Assembly (NCBI GenBank): GCA_011523655.1
Contig: WTGH01000015.1
Coordinates: 4,661-68,660, forward strand
DNA: 64,000 nt
Direction: 5' to 3'
DNA from: Rhodospirillaceae bacterium
GTDB lineage: Bacteria; Pseudomonadota; Alphaproteobacteria; Bin65
Below the pieces are notes generated by a model that had not been told where the DNA came from, ran no database searches, and worked only from the letters and a program-made list of their open reading frames with translations. The position numbers and the translations under genes were made by a program. Each line of letters begins with the position of its first letter. Position 1 is the first letter of the stretch. This document shows positions 18,764-28,282 of the stretch, one piece after another.

Positions 18764-20091
18764 CGCATTGCTGCCCGGAGGGCCGCGTCGGCAGCCCGGA
18801 GCGTGAACTCGACCTCCCGCTCGCGGTGGGCGGTCGAGAAATAGCTTCGTCCGCCGATCCGCACCATCACGCCCTGTTCGACCAGGCCGAGATGAAACCG
18901 CCGGTGCCGGGCGCTGTCGGCGCGTACCGCCGCGCGATGATTCCGGATCGGCCCGTCGGCAAACACGATATCCCAAAGCGGTCCGGAGCCGACGACCTGT
19001 GCTGCCGTGGCACCGCGCCGTTCGACAATGTCGTGGAGCCCGGCCTTCAGCTCCTCGGCGGAACGGTGAAACGCCTGCATGACCCCGGGCCGCGACAGTT
19101 CGTTCAGGGTCGCCAGCGCAGCCGCACAGCCGAGCGGGTTGCCGGCCTGGGACGAGGTCACATAGCAGTAGCCGTCTTCCGGGCCGCCCCGCTTCGGGTC
19201 GCCGTGGGACATGACCGCTTCCCTGCCGGCGACGGCGCTGACCGGCAACCCGCCGCCGAGCGCTTTGCCGAAGACCGAAAGGTCCGGCTCGATGCCTGTC
19301 AACTCGGCCGCGCCGCCCAGGGCGTGGCGGAAGCCGGTCACGACTTCGTCGTAGATCAGCACGATGCCGCGCGCGTCGCACACGCGGCGCAGCGTTTCGA
19401 GGAAACCGGGCTCGGCAGCGTAGTAGCGCTGAACCGGCTCGACGATGACGGCCGCAATTTCGCGCCACTCCCGGTTGACGATCGAAGCCGCCGCTTCGGG
19501 ATCGTTATATGGCGCCACCAGGACGAGTTCTCCGATCGCGCCCGGTATGCCCGCCGAATCGGGGGCGGTAGCCGGGTAAGGCACTGCTGTGCGCGGCGCC
19601 ATGCCCCAGAGCGCATAGTCCGAATTGCCGTGATAGGCCCCCTCGAACTTGACGATCTTGTCGCGCCCGGTCGCGGCACGCGCCAGGCGCAACGCGAACA
19701 TGACGGCTTCCGCACCCGAGAGCGCAAACCGGACCCTTTCGACCCATCCGACAAGCTCCGTGACGCGCTCGGCCAAATGCAACGCCGGAAAATTGCGGAT
19801 GCTGACGAATTGCGTAGCCTGCTCGGCCTGCGCCTGCACGGCCCGGACCACGGCCGGATGGCTATAGCCGAGGATCAGGGAACCGCCGCCGCAGGAATAG
19901 TCCAGAAATTCGCGGCCGGCATGGTCGACGATCCAGGCACCCTTGCCGGATACCGGGATGTGTTCGACGCCGTCGGGATAGACATGCCGACCCAGCACGC
20001 CGCCCGGCAGAACCCGTTCGGCCCGAGCGACCGTCTCGGCGTAGGACCCGGTCTCCGTATCATTGGCGCTGTCTGAGGCGGGTCTCCCCAA
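18760..20091 (-). CDS. class-III (omega/GSA-type) PLP aminotransferase, set 1
   Basis: Fold-type I class III pattern with the PLP-Lys context DLSVFGKALGGGLP. The likely TTG start at 20091 is preceded by GGGGAGA, but the start is uncertain (the track ORF runs to 20238). Confidence 0.8.
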   Translation of the reverse strand: MGRPASDSANDTETGSYAETVARAERVLPGGVLGRHVYPDGVEHIPVSGKGAWIVDHAGREFLDYSCGGGSLILGYSHPAVVRAVQAQAEQATQFVSIRNFPALHLAERVTELVGWVERVRFALSGAEAVMFALRLARAATGRDKIVKFEGAYHGNSDYALWGMAPRTAVPYPATAPDSAGIPGAIGELVLVAPYNDPEAAASIVNREWREIAAVIVEPVQRYYAAEPGFLETLRRVCDARGIVLIYDEVVTGFRHALGGAAELTGIEPDLSVFGKALGGGLPVSAVAGREAVMSHGDPKRGGPEDGYCYVTSSQAGNPLGCAAALATLNELSRPGVMQAFHRSAEELKAGLHDIVERRGATAAQVVGSGPLWDIVFADGPIRNHRAAVRADSARHRRFHLGLVEQGVMVRIGGRSYFSTAHREREVEFTLRAADAALRAAMR

Positions 20092-20187
20092 GAATCGTCT
20101 CCCCGGTTCATCGTCGATATGCCTTGCAGCCCCTACTCCGCTCCTCTGCGGCGGGACGGCCGGCTGTAGCTGCCGCAATTTGACCTT

Positions 20188-20230
20188 GTAGAGGATGCAG
20201 GGTAGAGGACGCAGGCGTATTTTGTCGACA
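20188..20230. promoter_or_regulatory. tandem 14-bp direct repeat plus 8-bp palindrome in a divergent control region
   Basis: GTAGAGGATGCAGG (20188-20201) is followed directly by GTAGAGGACGCAGG (20202-20215), then TGTCGACA (20223-20230). The site lies between the divergent aminotransferase-hyuAB and selA-like operons. Confidence 0.3.
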
Positions 20231-20331
20231 TAACACAACGAATCCGCCGTTTTTCGATCCGGTGCAACGGAATCGTGTTAGGAACTTGTGGCAAATCGGC
20301 GTTCGGCAACCATCGCGGGGGCAACGGGATC

Positions 20332-21606
20332 ATGCAGGACCGGTTCGGCAACCCGCTCGATCCCGCGGTCGGTTTCGCGAGAGGGAGCCTTCTCGCCGGC
20401 GCTCTCGACGAATTCCGGCGCCGCGCCCACGGCCTCGACATCATTCGCGCCAAGGTCACCACCGCCGGGCGCGACCGGCTGTACAATTTTACCGGTCACC
20501 GTCGCGAATTTCTGGCCCGGAATACCGATCTCAGCGAGGACCTCGCGGAAGAATGGATCGGCATGCCGCTCATCGAAAAGCGGTTCAACGCCCTGGCGCG
20601 GGAGCATTTCGGCGCCGGCGAAGACGCCGGCGTGGCGCTGTTCAACCGCTCTGCCGCCGGCATTGTTTCGGCGATTATCGCCACGGTCCCTGCCGGCGCG
20701 CGCGTCGTTGCAGTGGCGTCGAACGGACGAACCCATCCGTCGATCCGGCGCGGGGCGAGCCTTGCCGGCGCCGCGCTGAGCGAGCCGGATCCGGAAAACG
20801 GTCCGGATCCTTCGGATTTCGACGGCGCCGTCCTGACCGTCCTGACCCGGGTGACCAGCGAACTCGACACCCTTGCCCCGGAACAGGCCCGGGCAATCGT
20901 CGCCATGGCGAAAGCGGCCGGATCGCCGGTCTTCGTCGACGATGCCTACGGCACGCGCGTTGCGCCCGTCCTGCTGGGACAGGAAAAAACCATGGAGCTG
21001 GGCGCCGACTGGGGCATCACCAGTTGCGATAAGGCCGGGCTCGGCGGCCCGCGGGCCGGCCTCTTGGTCGGACGACCGGACCTGGTCGACCGGGCCGTCG
21101 CGCAGGCCAGCGAACTCGGCCTGGAGGCGCGCGGCCCGCTGGTCCTCGGCGTGCTGCGCGCGCTCGAAAGCTACCGGCCCGAGATCCTGCGTAACGATTC
21201 GGCGGTCGCCCGGCAGATCGCCGCCGGCCTGCGGAAACGGTTCGGTGCGGAACGCGTTCTCGATCTCTGCATGGGCCCAACGATTTCCGAAGAGGACGTG
21301 CTGAGCATTGCCCTCTATGGCCGCGACGAAGCCGCGGGCGAATGCGCCCTTGTGCCGGCCGAGGCGTCATGCATCCTCGGGATGTTTCTTCTGGAGGATC
21401 ACGGCATCGTCTCCTCCAACGTGGCGGAACGGCCGGGCGCCCGGGTTTCGCTTCGCCTGCGCCCGACCGCAGCAGAGGTCGAGCGGTTCGGCGGCCCCGA
21501 TCGCGTCGTCGAGGCGGTCGCGGACGCGTTCGACAAACTCCGGCCGCTGGTCGGCGACGAAGAGGCCGCTTATGCGAAAATCTTCGGCGACGCAGTGCGG
21601 CCTTGA
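20332..21606 (+). CDS. SelA-like / DgaE-like PLP-dependent enzyme (not a bona fide selenocysteine synthase)
   Basis: The ATG at 20332 gives 424 aa. The Lys motif ITSCDKAGLGGPRAGLLVG parallels the SelA motif SGDKLLGGPQAG. Confidence 0.6.
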   Translation: MQDRFGNPLDPAVGFARGSLLAGALDEFRRRAHGLDIIRAKVTTAGRDRLYNFTGHRREFLARNTDLSEDLAEEWIGMPLIEKRFNALAREHFGAGEDAGVALFNRSAAGIVSAIIATVPAGARVVAVASNGRTHPSIRRGASLAGAALSEPDPENGPDPSDFDGAVLTVLTRVTSELDTLAPEQARAIVAMAKAAGSPVFVDDAYGTRVAPVLLGQEKTMELGADWGITSCDKAGLGGPRAGLLVGRPDLVDRAVAQASELGLEARGPLVLGVLRALESYRPEILRNDSAVARQIAAGLRKRFGAERVLDLCMGPTISEEDVLSIALYGRDEAAGECALVPAEASCILGMFLLEDHGIVSSNVAERPGARVSLRLRPTAAEVERFGGPDRVVEAVADAFDKLRPLVGDEEAAYAKIFGDAVRP

Positions 21607-21638
21607 AACGCGACCGCGCAAACGGAACCGATCGCCCG

Positions 21639-22748
21639 ATGAGCGAACCCCCTGCATGGCAGGAGCAGTTTCCGGTCACGCGCGACTGGGTTTATCTCGA
21701 CATCGCCAACAAGGCGCCCCTGCCCCTGCCGGTGAAGCGGGCGTGGCTCCGGTTCCTGGACGATATTCACCAAAGACCCGGCGACAAGGAATGCTGGAAG
21801 GAACGCGCCGAGGCACTGCGCGCCAGGATCGCCGGGTTGATCGGCGCGGGCGCTTCGGAAATCGCCTTTGTCAAGAACACTTCGGAAGGACTCAACGCTA
21901 TCGCCCAGAGCTATCCGTGGCAGACCGGCGACAACATGGTGGTGCACGCCCGCGAGCATCCCAACAATCTGTACGGCTGGATCAATCTGCGGCGCCGCGG
22001 CGTCGAGGTCCGCGTGGTCGAAAGCGCAGGTCCGACCATCGACTCGGACGACATCCTGGCCGCCGTCGGGCCGTCCACCCGCATGGTCGCCGTCTCCGCC
22101 GTCAGCTACCGTACCGGGCAGCGGTTCGATCTCTCACGGCTCGGCGACCGGTGCCGCCGGCACGGCGCGCTGCTCGTCGTGGATGCTGTCCAGGCGGTCG
22201 GCACGGTGCCGTTCGATGTCGACGATCCGCCAGTCGACGCGCTGGCCTGCGGACCGCAAAAGGGGCTCCTTTGCACCCACGGACTCGGCTTCATCTGGTG
22301 CCGCGAAGCGGTGATCCCGCGCCTGATGCCGCCCTTCGCGGCGCGGTCGAGCCTGGTCGACATGGCTACCGACGGCGAGGTCCCCGGTTTTCACGCCGAC
22401 GCCCGGCGCTTCGAGCACGGCAATATAAACTACGGCGGCGTTCACGCCCTGGATGCAGCGGTCGGCTTCGTCGCAGAAGTCGGGCTTCCCTATATCGAAG
22501 ACCGGGTCCGTAGTCTGACCGGCCATCTGATGGACCTCATCGACCGCAAGGGGCTGAAATGCATCACGCCGCGAGCCGACGGGGAGCGCGCCGGGATCGT
22601 CACGATCATTATGGACGACGCACCGCAGCGCCGTGACGCGCTGCTGGGCAAACGGTTCGTCGTCAGCGCCGTAGACGACGGATTGCGCATCGCCCCGCAT
22701 TTCTACAATACCGAACGGGAGCTCGAGGCCCTGGTCGACGCGCTTTAG
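21639..22748 (+). CDS. class-V aminotransferase-fold PLP enzyme (cysteine desulfurase/isopenicillin-N epimerase-like)
   Basis: The ATG at 21639 gives 369 aa (MSEPPAWQEQFPV...). PLP-Lys context CGPQKGL. The track ORF start at 21342 is an unlikely Arg-rich extension. Confidence 0.8.
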   Translation: MSEPPAWQEQFPVTRDWVYLDIANKAPLPLPVKRAWLRFLDDIHQRPGDKECWKERAEALRARIAGLIGAGASEIAFVKNTSEGLNAIAQSYPWQTGDNMVVHAREHPNNLYGWINLRRRGVEVRVVESAGPTIDSDDILAAVGPSTRMVAVSAVSYRTGQRFDLSRLGDRCRRHGALLVVDAVQAVGTVPFDVDDPPVDALACGPQKGLLCTHGLGFIWCREAVIPRLMPPFAARSSLVDMATDGEVPGFHADARRFEHGNINYGGVHALDAAVGFVAEVGLPYIEDRVRSLTGHLMDLIDRKGLKCITPRADGERAGIVTIIMDDAPQRRDALLGKRFVVSAVDDGLRIAPHFYNTERELEALVDAL

Positions 22749-22773
22749 ACAACAGCGACGGGAGGAACCGATT

Positions 22774-24249
22774 ATGGCGGATCACCACCGGCTCTTGATC
22801 GACGGACAGTGGACCGATGCCGCTTCCGGCAAGGTTTTCGCGACTCACAACCCGGCCACGGGCGAGCATGTCGCCGACGTGGCGGAAGCGGATGCGGCAG
22901 ATATCGACACCGCTGTGGCCGCGGCCCGGCAGGCGTTCGACGCCGGCCCCTGGCCGCGCATGGATGCGGCGGCGCGCGGCCGGCTGCTGCTCCAAGTGGC
23001 GGAGAAAATCCGCGCCCGCGGAAACGATCTGGCCCGCATGGAGACACTGGACAACGGCAAGGCGATCCGCGAAACCCGCGCCCAGGTCAACGCTTCGGCC
23101 GACTATTTCGAATATTACGGCGGCTGGGCCGACAAGCTGGAAGGCCATGTCGTGCCCGTGCGCGGCCGGTTCCACACCTATACCGTGCTGGAGCCGATCG
23201 GCGTCTGCGGCCAGATTATCCCCTGGAACTCGCCGCTGCCCCAGGCGGCGCAGAAGCTGGCGCCCGCGCTCGCCGCCGGCTGCACCATGGTCCTCAAGCC
23301 CGCCGAGCACACGCCGGTCACCGCGCTGGTCCTCGGCGAGATCCTGATGGAGGCCGGCCTGCCCGAAGGGGTGGTCAATATCCTGCCCGGCTTCGGCCCG
23401 ACCGCGGGCGCCGCGCTCGCCGGCCATCCCGCCGTCGACAAGGTCGCCTTCACCGGCGAGGTCTCGACCGGACAGGCGATCCTGCGCGCGTCCATCGACA
23501 ATCTCACGAAAGTCACGCTGGAGTTGGGCGGCAAGGCGCCGAACATCGTGTGCGAGGACGCCAATCTGGACGCGGCGGTCCGCGGGACCCTGTTCGGCAT
23601 TTTCGCCGGCGCCGGGCAGTATTGCGATGCCGGCCCGCGCTTATTCGTCCACCGCGCGATCCGCGACGCCTTCATGGAGAAGCTGCTGGCCACGACCCGG
23701 CAGATCCGCATCGGCGATCCCCTCGACCCGGCGACCCATGTCGGCTCGCTGACCACACGCGAGCAGCTCGACAAGGTAGCGCGTTATGTCGGGATCGGCC
23801 GGGACGAAGGCGCCGAGCTGGTCGCCGGCGGCGCGCCGCCCGACGATCCGGACCTGGCAGGCGGGTACTTTTTCCTGCCCACCGTTTTCGATCGGGTCGC
23901 GCCGGACATGCGCCTGGCCCAGGAGGAGATTTTCGGTCCCGTCCTCTCGGTGCTCGACTTCGAGGACGACGAGCAACTGGTGGCCGATGCCAACGGCACG
24001 GTCTACGGCCTCGCCGCCGGCGTCTGGACCGAGGACATGCGCCGGGCGCTCCGGCTCGCCGAACGTCTCAAGGCCGGCACGGTATGGGTCAACACTTTCC
24101 GGCAGACCCAGATTTCGGCCTCCTTCGGCGGCTATAAGATGAGCGGTATCGGCCGCGAGAAGGGACTGTCCGGCCTTGAGGAATATTGCGAGGAGAAGAC
24201 CGTCTGGGTCGACCTGAACGAGTCCGGCATCGGGTATTTCGACAGTTAG
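22774..24249 (+). CDS. NAD(P)+-dependent aldehyde dehydrogenase
   Basis: 491 aa. Catalytic Glu motif ELGGKAP and Cys motif GQYCDAG. GGAGGAA RBS. Confidence 0.9.
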   Translation: MADHHRLLIDGQWTDAASGKVFATHNPATGEHVADVAEADAADIDTAVAAARQAFDAGPWPRMDAAARGRLLLQVAEKIRARGNDLARMETLDNGKAIRETRAQVNASADYFEYYGGWADKLEGHVVPVRGRFHTYTVLEPIGVCGQIIPWNSPLPQAAQKLAPALAAGCTMVLKPAEHTPVTALVLGEILMEAGLPEGVVNILPGFGPTAGAALAGHPAVDKVAFTGEVSTGQAILRASIDNLTKVTLELGGKAPNIVCEDANLDAAVRGTLFGIFAGAGQYCDAGPRLFVHRAIRDAFMEKLLATTRQIRIGDPLDPATHVGSLTTREQLDKVARYVGIGRDEGAELVAGGAPPDDPDLAGGYFFLPTVFDRVAPDMRLAQEEIFGPVLSVLDFEDDEQLVADANGTVYGLAAGVWTEDMRRALRLAERLKAGTVWVNTFRQTQISASFGGYKMSGIGREKGLSGLEEYCEEKTVWVDLNESGIGYFDS

Positions 24250-24278
24250 GTTCGCGGAAACGGCCGAGACCAGAAGAC

Positions 24279-24674
24279 ATGCTGAAGAAAGAGAAAATCG
24301 AATCTCCCCTGGCGCCGGGAAAGATCGCCAATCATCCTTACCCGTTTTCGCAAGGCTGGAAGGTCGGCGATTTCGTCTTCACCGGCGGCATCGCGCCCGA
24401 GGACCACGAAACCGGCGAAATCGTCGAGGGCGATATCGACATTCAGGCGCGCCGGGTGTTCGAAAGCCTCGATGCGATTCTCGAAGCGGCCGGCTCGTCG
24501 CTCGACAAGGTCGTCAAAGTCACGGTCTACCTGACCGACATCGACAACAAGCCGGGCTTCGAAAAGGTCTACCGGGAGTATTTTCCGAAGGACGCGCCCG
24601 GGCGCATGACCGCCGAGGTCAGCTTCATCGGCCCCGGCATCCTGCTGGAGATGGACGCCATCGCCTACGTCTGA
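24279..24674 (+). CDS. RidA/YjgF family reactive-intermediate (enamine/imine) deaminase
   Basis: The ATG at 24279 gives 131 aa with YjgF-like sequence (VKVTVYLTDI...EMDAIAYV). Confidence 0.85.
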   Translation: MLKKEKIESPLAPGKIANHPYPFSQGWKVGDFVFTGGIAPEDHETGEIVEGDIDIQARRVFESLDAILEAAGSSLDKVVKVTVYLTDIDNKPGFEKVYREYFPKDAPGRMTAEVSFIGPGILLEMDAIAYV

Positions 24675-24711
24675 ACGAGCCCGCCATGCCGGCCGCCTCG
24701 CAGTCCCGGCG

Positions 24712-25530
24712 TCAGGCCATCTCGCTCGGCAGGTAGTTGCCGCCGACCATGCGCGTCATGCGCCGGAACAGGCGGTCGATCACGATGCCGAGGACGCCGA
24801 GCACGGCGATCGCCACGATCACCGTGTCCATCCGCGAAAATTCGCGCGACGAGAAGATCAGGAAACCGAGCCCGGAGTTCGCCGCAAGGATTTCGGCCGA
24901 GACGATAGTCGCGAAGGCGCGCCCCATGCCCATGCGCATGCCCTGGATCGCGTAGGGCACGACCGAGGGCACGACGACGAACTGCAACACCTGCCGGCGG
25001 TTCGCGCCGAGGCTGCGCACCGCGTTGATGCGCACCTGGGAGATGTGCTTGACGCCGGCTTCGGTTGCTAGCGCCACGGAAAAGAAGGTGTTGTAGAAGA
25101 TCAGGAAGACCTTCGAGGCCTCGCCGATGCCGAACCAGATGAGCGCGAAGACCACCATTGCGATGGCTGGGATGTAGCGGAAAAACTCCGTGATCGGCTC
25201 CATCATACGGCGGAAGAAGGGCGAAAGGCCCATGCCGAAGCCGATGGGAACCGCGATGGCGCAGCCGATCAGAAACCCGACGAGCAGCCGTTGCAGGCTT
25301 GCCAGCGCGTGGAAGACCAGCTCGCCGCCGACCAGCAGGTCGATCCCCTCCTCCAGCGCCTGGCCGGGCGACGGCAGGATGGTCACGTCGTAGCGCAGCG
25401 AGGCGAAGCCCCAGATCGCGATCAGGATGGCGCCGCCGGTGACCGGAAGGACGACCGCGCCCGGCCGCTCCATTTCGCTGGCTTGCCAGCTCGGCGCCAG
25501 GAGCAGGTCAAAAGCGCGCGTGGCGGCCAT
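24712..25530 (-). CDS. ABC transporter permease (NitT/TauT family)
   Basis: 272 aa, multi-TM, BPD_transp_1-like loop (AVRSLGANRRQVL). Confidence 0.85.
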   Translation of the reverse strand: MAATRAFDLLLAPSWQASEMERPGAVVLPVTGGAILIAIWGFASLRYDVTILPSPGQALEEGIDLLVGGELVFHALASLQRLLVGFLIGCAIAVPIGFGMGLSPFFRRMMEPITEFFRYIPAIAMVVFALIWFGIGEASKVFLIFYNTFFSVALATEAGVKHISQVRINAVRSLGANRRQVLQFVVVPSVVPYAIQGMRMGMGRAFATIVSAEILAANSGLGFLIFSSREFSRMDTVIVAIAVLGVLGIVIDRLFRRMTRMVGGNYLPSEMA

Positions 25531-25531
25531 G

Positions 25532-26290
25532 TCAGGCGACCCTGGCGTATTCGCCGCCGCAGCGGTCGATCAGGATGCGGAAGATACGGTCGGTCGCGAA
25601 GCCGAGCAGGCCGAGCGCCACCAGGCCGACGAAGATGTCGCCGGTCTTGAGGAAGACCCGTGCCTGCTGGAGCATGAAGCCAAGGCCGAAATCGGCGGCG
25701 ATCATCTCCGCCGCGATGATGGTCGAGAAGGCGTTGCCCATCGCGACCCGCATGCCGGTGAGCGCATGGGGCAGCGTCGAGGGAAAGATGACCAGGCGGA
25801 AGACCTGGCCCGTGTTTGCGCCGAGGCTCTCGGCGGCCCGGACCCGGTTGCGGGTGACGTGATAGACCCCGTCCTCCGTGTTGATCGTCACGATGAACAC
25901 GGTCGCGAAGACGATCAGGAAGATGGTGGCGACGTCGCCGGTGCCGAACCAGGAGACGGCGAGGACGATCATCGCGATCGGCGGTATGAAGCGGAAGAAT
26001 TCGACGACGCTGTAGAGCATGCCCCGCGCCAGCGGCAGGCCGCCCATCAGGATGCCGACCAGCACGCCGAGCATGCTGCCGAGCAGGAAGCCGGTCCAGA
26101 TGCGCAGCAGGCTGACCAGGATCTGGGCCCAGAGATCGCCCGTCGCCATGCGCACGAAGGACTCGCCGACGGTCTCGAGGGGCGGGAAGAAAAGCGGATT
26201 GATCATCCGCGAGCCAATCTCCCAGAGGCTCAGCAGCAGAACGACCGTCAGTGTATAGGGCAGCACCCGATCCAGCAGGATCCGCTTCAT
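25532..26290 (-). CDS. ABC transporter permease (NitT/TauT family)
   Basis: 252 aa, multi-TM, loop AAESLGANTGQVF. Adjacent to a second permease paralog. Confidence 0.85.
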   Translation of the reverse strand: MKRILLDRVLPYTLTVVLLLSLWEIGSRMINPLFFPPLETVGESFVRMATGDLWAQILVSLLRIWTGFLLGSMLGVLVGILMGGLPLARGMLYSVVEFFRFIPPIAMIVLAVSWFGTGDVATIFLIVFATVFIVTINTEDGVYHVTRNRVRAAESLGANTGQVFRLVIFPSTLPHALTGMRVAMGNAFSTIIAAEMIAADFGLGFMLQQARVFLKTGDIFVGLVALGLLGFATDRIFRILIDRCGGEYARVA

Positions 26291-27072
26291 TCCTCGCGGC
26301 TCCTCTGGACCTCTTCGGCAAGGATTTCCTGAATTCTCCGGTAGATTTTCAGCAACTCCGGATCGGTGCGGTCGCGCGGGCGCGGCAGGTCGATCGGGAA
26401 GATTTCCCGGATCGACGAGCGCGGCCCGGCGTGCATCACGCCGACCCGGTCGCCCAGGATCAGCGCCTCGACCACGTCATGGGTGATGAAGAGCACGGTG
26501 CGCCGGCTCGAGCTCCAGATGCGGGTGAGTTCGTCCTGCATCTGGCCGCGGGTCTGGGCGTCCAGGGCTGCGAACGGCTCGTCCATCAGCAGCATGTCCG
26601 GCTCGGTCGCCAGCACCCGTGCGATCTGGATGCGCTGCTTCATGCCGCCCGACAGTTCGCGCGGATATTTGTGGCCGTGGCCGTCGAGGCCGACCAGCTT
26701 GAGCAGACGCTCGGCGATCTCGCCCTGCTCGGCCTTTTCCAGGCCCTGTATCCTCGGACCGAGCAGGACGTTGTCCCGCGCGGTGAGCCAGGGCATCAGG
26801 GAATCGTCGCCCTGGAAGACGACGCCGCGATCCGCGCTCGGGCCGCGCACCGGCTGGCCGCGGTGCAGCGCCTGCCCGTCGGTCGGCATTTCGAAGCCGG
26901 CCAGCAGGGTGAGCGCCGTGGTCTTGCCGCAGCCGCTCGGGCCGAGCAGGCAGAAAAACTCCCGCTCGCGGATCGCGACTTCGAAATTCTCAAGGGCCGG
27001 CGGGCTGGGATCCTCTCCCCGCCCGCCGAATTGCTTCTTTACCCCGATGAACTCAGCTGCGTGCATACGCAC
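26287..27072 (-). CDS. ABC transporter ATP-binding protein (NitT/TauT family)
   Basis: Walker A GPSGCGKTT, signature LSGGMKQR, Walker B LLMDEPF. Start is GTG at 27072 or ATG at 27066. Confidence 0.9.
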   Translation of the reverse strand: MRMHAAEFIGVKKQFGGRGEDPSPPALENFEVAIREREFFCLLGPSGCGKTTALTLLAGFEMPTDGQALHRGQPVRGPSADRGVVFQGDDSLMPWLTARDNVLLGPRIQGLEKAEQGEIAERLLKLVGLDGHGHKYPRELSGGMKQRIQIARVLATEPDMLLMDEPFAALDAQTRGQMQDELTRIWSSSRRTVLFITHDVVEALILGDRVGVMHAGPRSSIREIFPIDLPRPRDRTDPELLKIYRRIQEILAEEVQRSREE

Positions 27073-27078
27073 CGACTG

Positions 27079-28062
27079 CTAGCAGTTCGGCGGCGATTTC
27101 GCGGTGACGCGGTCCGGCGCGACCGCCTTCATGATGCTCGAATCGAGCCCCGTCTTCCAGTCGGGCTGGCCCTTGACCTTGCCGAGTCCCTTGAGGAAGT
27201 TCAGCGACTGGCACAGGTCGGCGGTGGTGCCGTCGGAGAACTGGACTTTCAGGCTGATCGTCTTCGAGATCGCCTTGGTGTCCTTCAGGTCGATCTTGAA
27301 CGCCTTGCTGACGATCTTGGCCGATTCGTCAGGATTGGCATCCAGGAACGCGCTGGCCGCGACCATCCCTTTCATGATGCCGAGCGCGGCATCGCGGTCC
27401 GCCAGCAGCCCGGCGCTGAATGTGATCGGCGTGTCGTTGACGAAGCCGATATCCTTGTCGCGCGCCAGCACTTTGGCGCCCTTGAGCACGCCGGCGGCTC
27501 GGCCGGCCCACGGATACCAGATCGAGACCGCATCGATCTCACCCTTGCTGAAGGCAATGAGCTGTTCCTGCGGCTGCAGCCAGAGGCGCTTGAAATTCTT
27601 CAGCCCGTTCTTGGCGGCGTATTTGTCGAACCACATGTGGGACGACGGGCTGCCCCGCGCGATCCCGATCCTGGCGCCTTCAAGGCCCTTGGCATCCGCG
27701 ATCTCCGGCCGGACGACGATGGCCGTGAAGCCGCTCTGGCTGTTGCGGGTGGAACCGACGATCTTGAACTTCTTCGATCCCTGCGCCAGCGTGCTGACGG
27801 GGGCGAAGGAGCCCGAGTTCGCCATGTCGTTCTCGCCGGCCAGCATGCCGCGGAAGCCGCGGGTCGCCGAAGAGTATTTTTTGACCGTGACGTTGAGGCC
27901 CTGCTTCTTGAAGAAGCCCATGGCCTCGGCAATGACCTGAAACGGCCCGGACGGGTCGACACCCGACGAAATGGTCCAGTCCGTCTTCTTGGGCGCGGCA
28001 TAGGCGCCCGATGCAATGGCGAGCACCACGAGGCCGGTAAACCAGCGAATTACAATAGACAT
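27079..28062 (-). CDS. ABC transporter substrate-binding protein (NMT1/SsuA-like)
   Basis: 327 aa with a signal peptide. Strong GAGGAGGG RBS. Confidence 0.85.
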   Translation of the reverse strand: MSIVIRWFTGLVVLAIASGAYAAPKKTDWTISSGVDPSGPFQVIAEAMGFFKKQGLNVTVKKYSSATRGFRGMLAGENDMANSGSFAPVSTLAQGSKKFKIVGSTRNSQSGFTAIVVRPEIADAKGLEGARIGIARGSPSSHMWFDKYAAKNGLKNFKRLWLQPQEQLIAFSKGEIDAVSIWYPWAGRAAGVLKGAKVLARDKDIGFVNDTPITFSAGLLADRDAALGIMKGMVAASAFLDANPDESAKIVSKAFKIDLKDTKAISKTISLKVQFSDGTTADLCQSLNFLKGLGKVKGQPDWKTGLDSSIMKAVAPDRVTAKSPPNC

Positions 28063-28237
28063 TCCAATCCCTCCTCACAGCGTCCGTTCCCGGACGCTTC
28101 CCTACGTTCAAATTGGGGACGGTCTGTCCATCGCTCGTGGCCATTGGAGTGCAACAAATCCAATAGCGACACCCCAATGGCCGTGTGGGATGGGAGCCGC
28201 CCTCTTTTTTTGCACTGCGCAAACCCTACCACGCGGC

Positions 28238-28251
28238 GTTGACCTGTCAAC
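28238..28251. promoter_or_regulatory. 14-bp palindrome upstream of the ABC transporter operon
   Basis: GTTGAC-CT-GTCAAC contains TGTCAACA (28245-28252), identical to the motif at 14154-14161. Confidence 0.25.
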
Positions 28252-28282
28252 AAAGGCGCCGGACGGGCCGGAGCGGCCCGGT

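Noticed and set aside
14991-18844. Plus-strand ORFs of 662 aa (14991-16979) and 733 aa (16643-18844) opposite hyuB and hyuA
   Set aside because: They are antisense to genes with clear family motifs. They have low-complexity Arg/Gly/Ala/Asp composition and no motifs, RBS or sensible starts.
20332-21606. Annotating the SelA-like gene as selenocysteine synthase (evidence for a selenoprotein system)
   Set aside because: No selB, selD, tRNA-Sec or in-frame TGA candidate genes were seen in the window. The gene context is catabolic, so only the PLP fold is shared.
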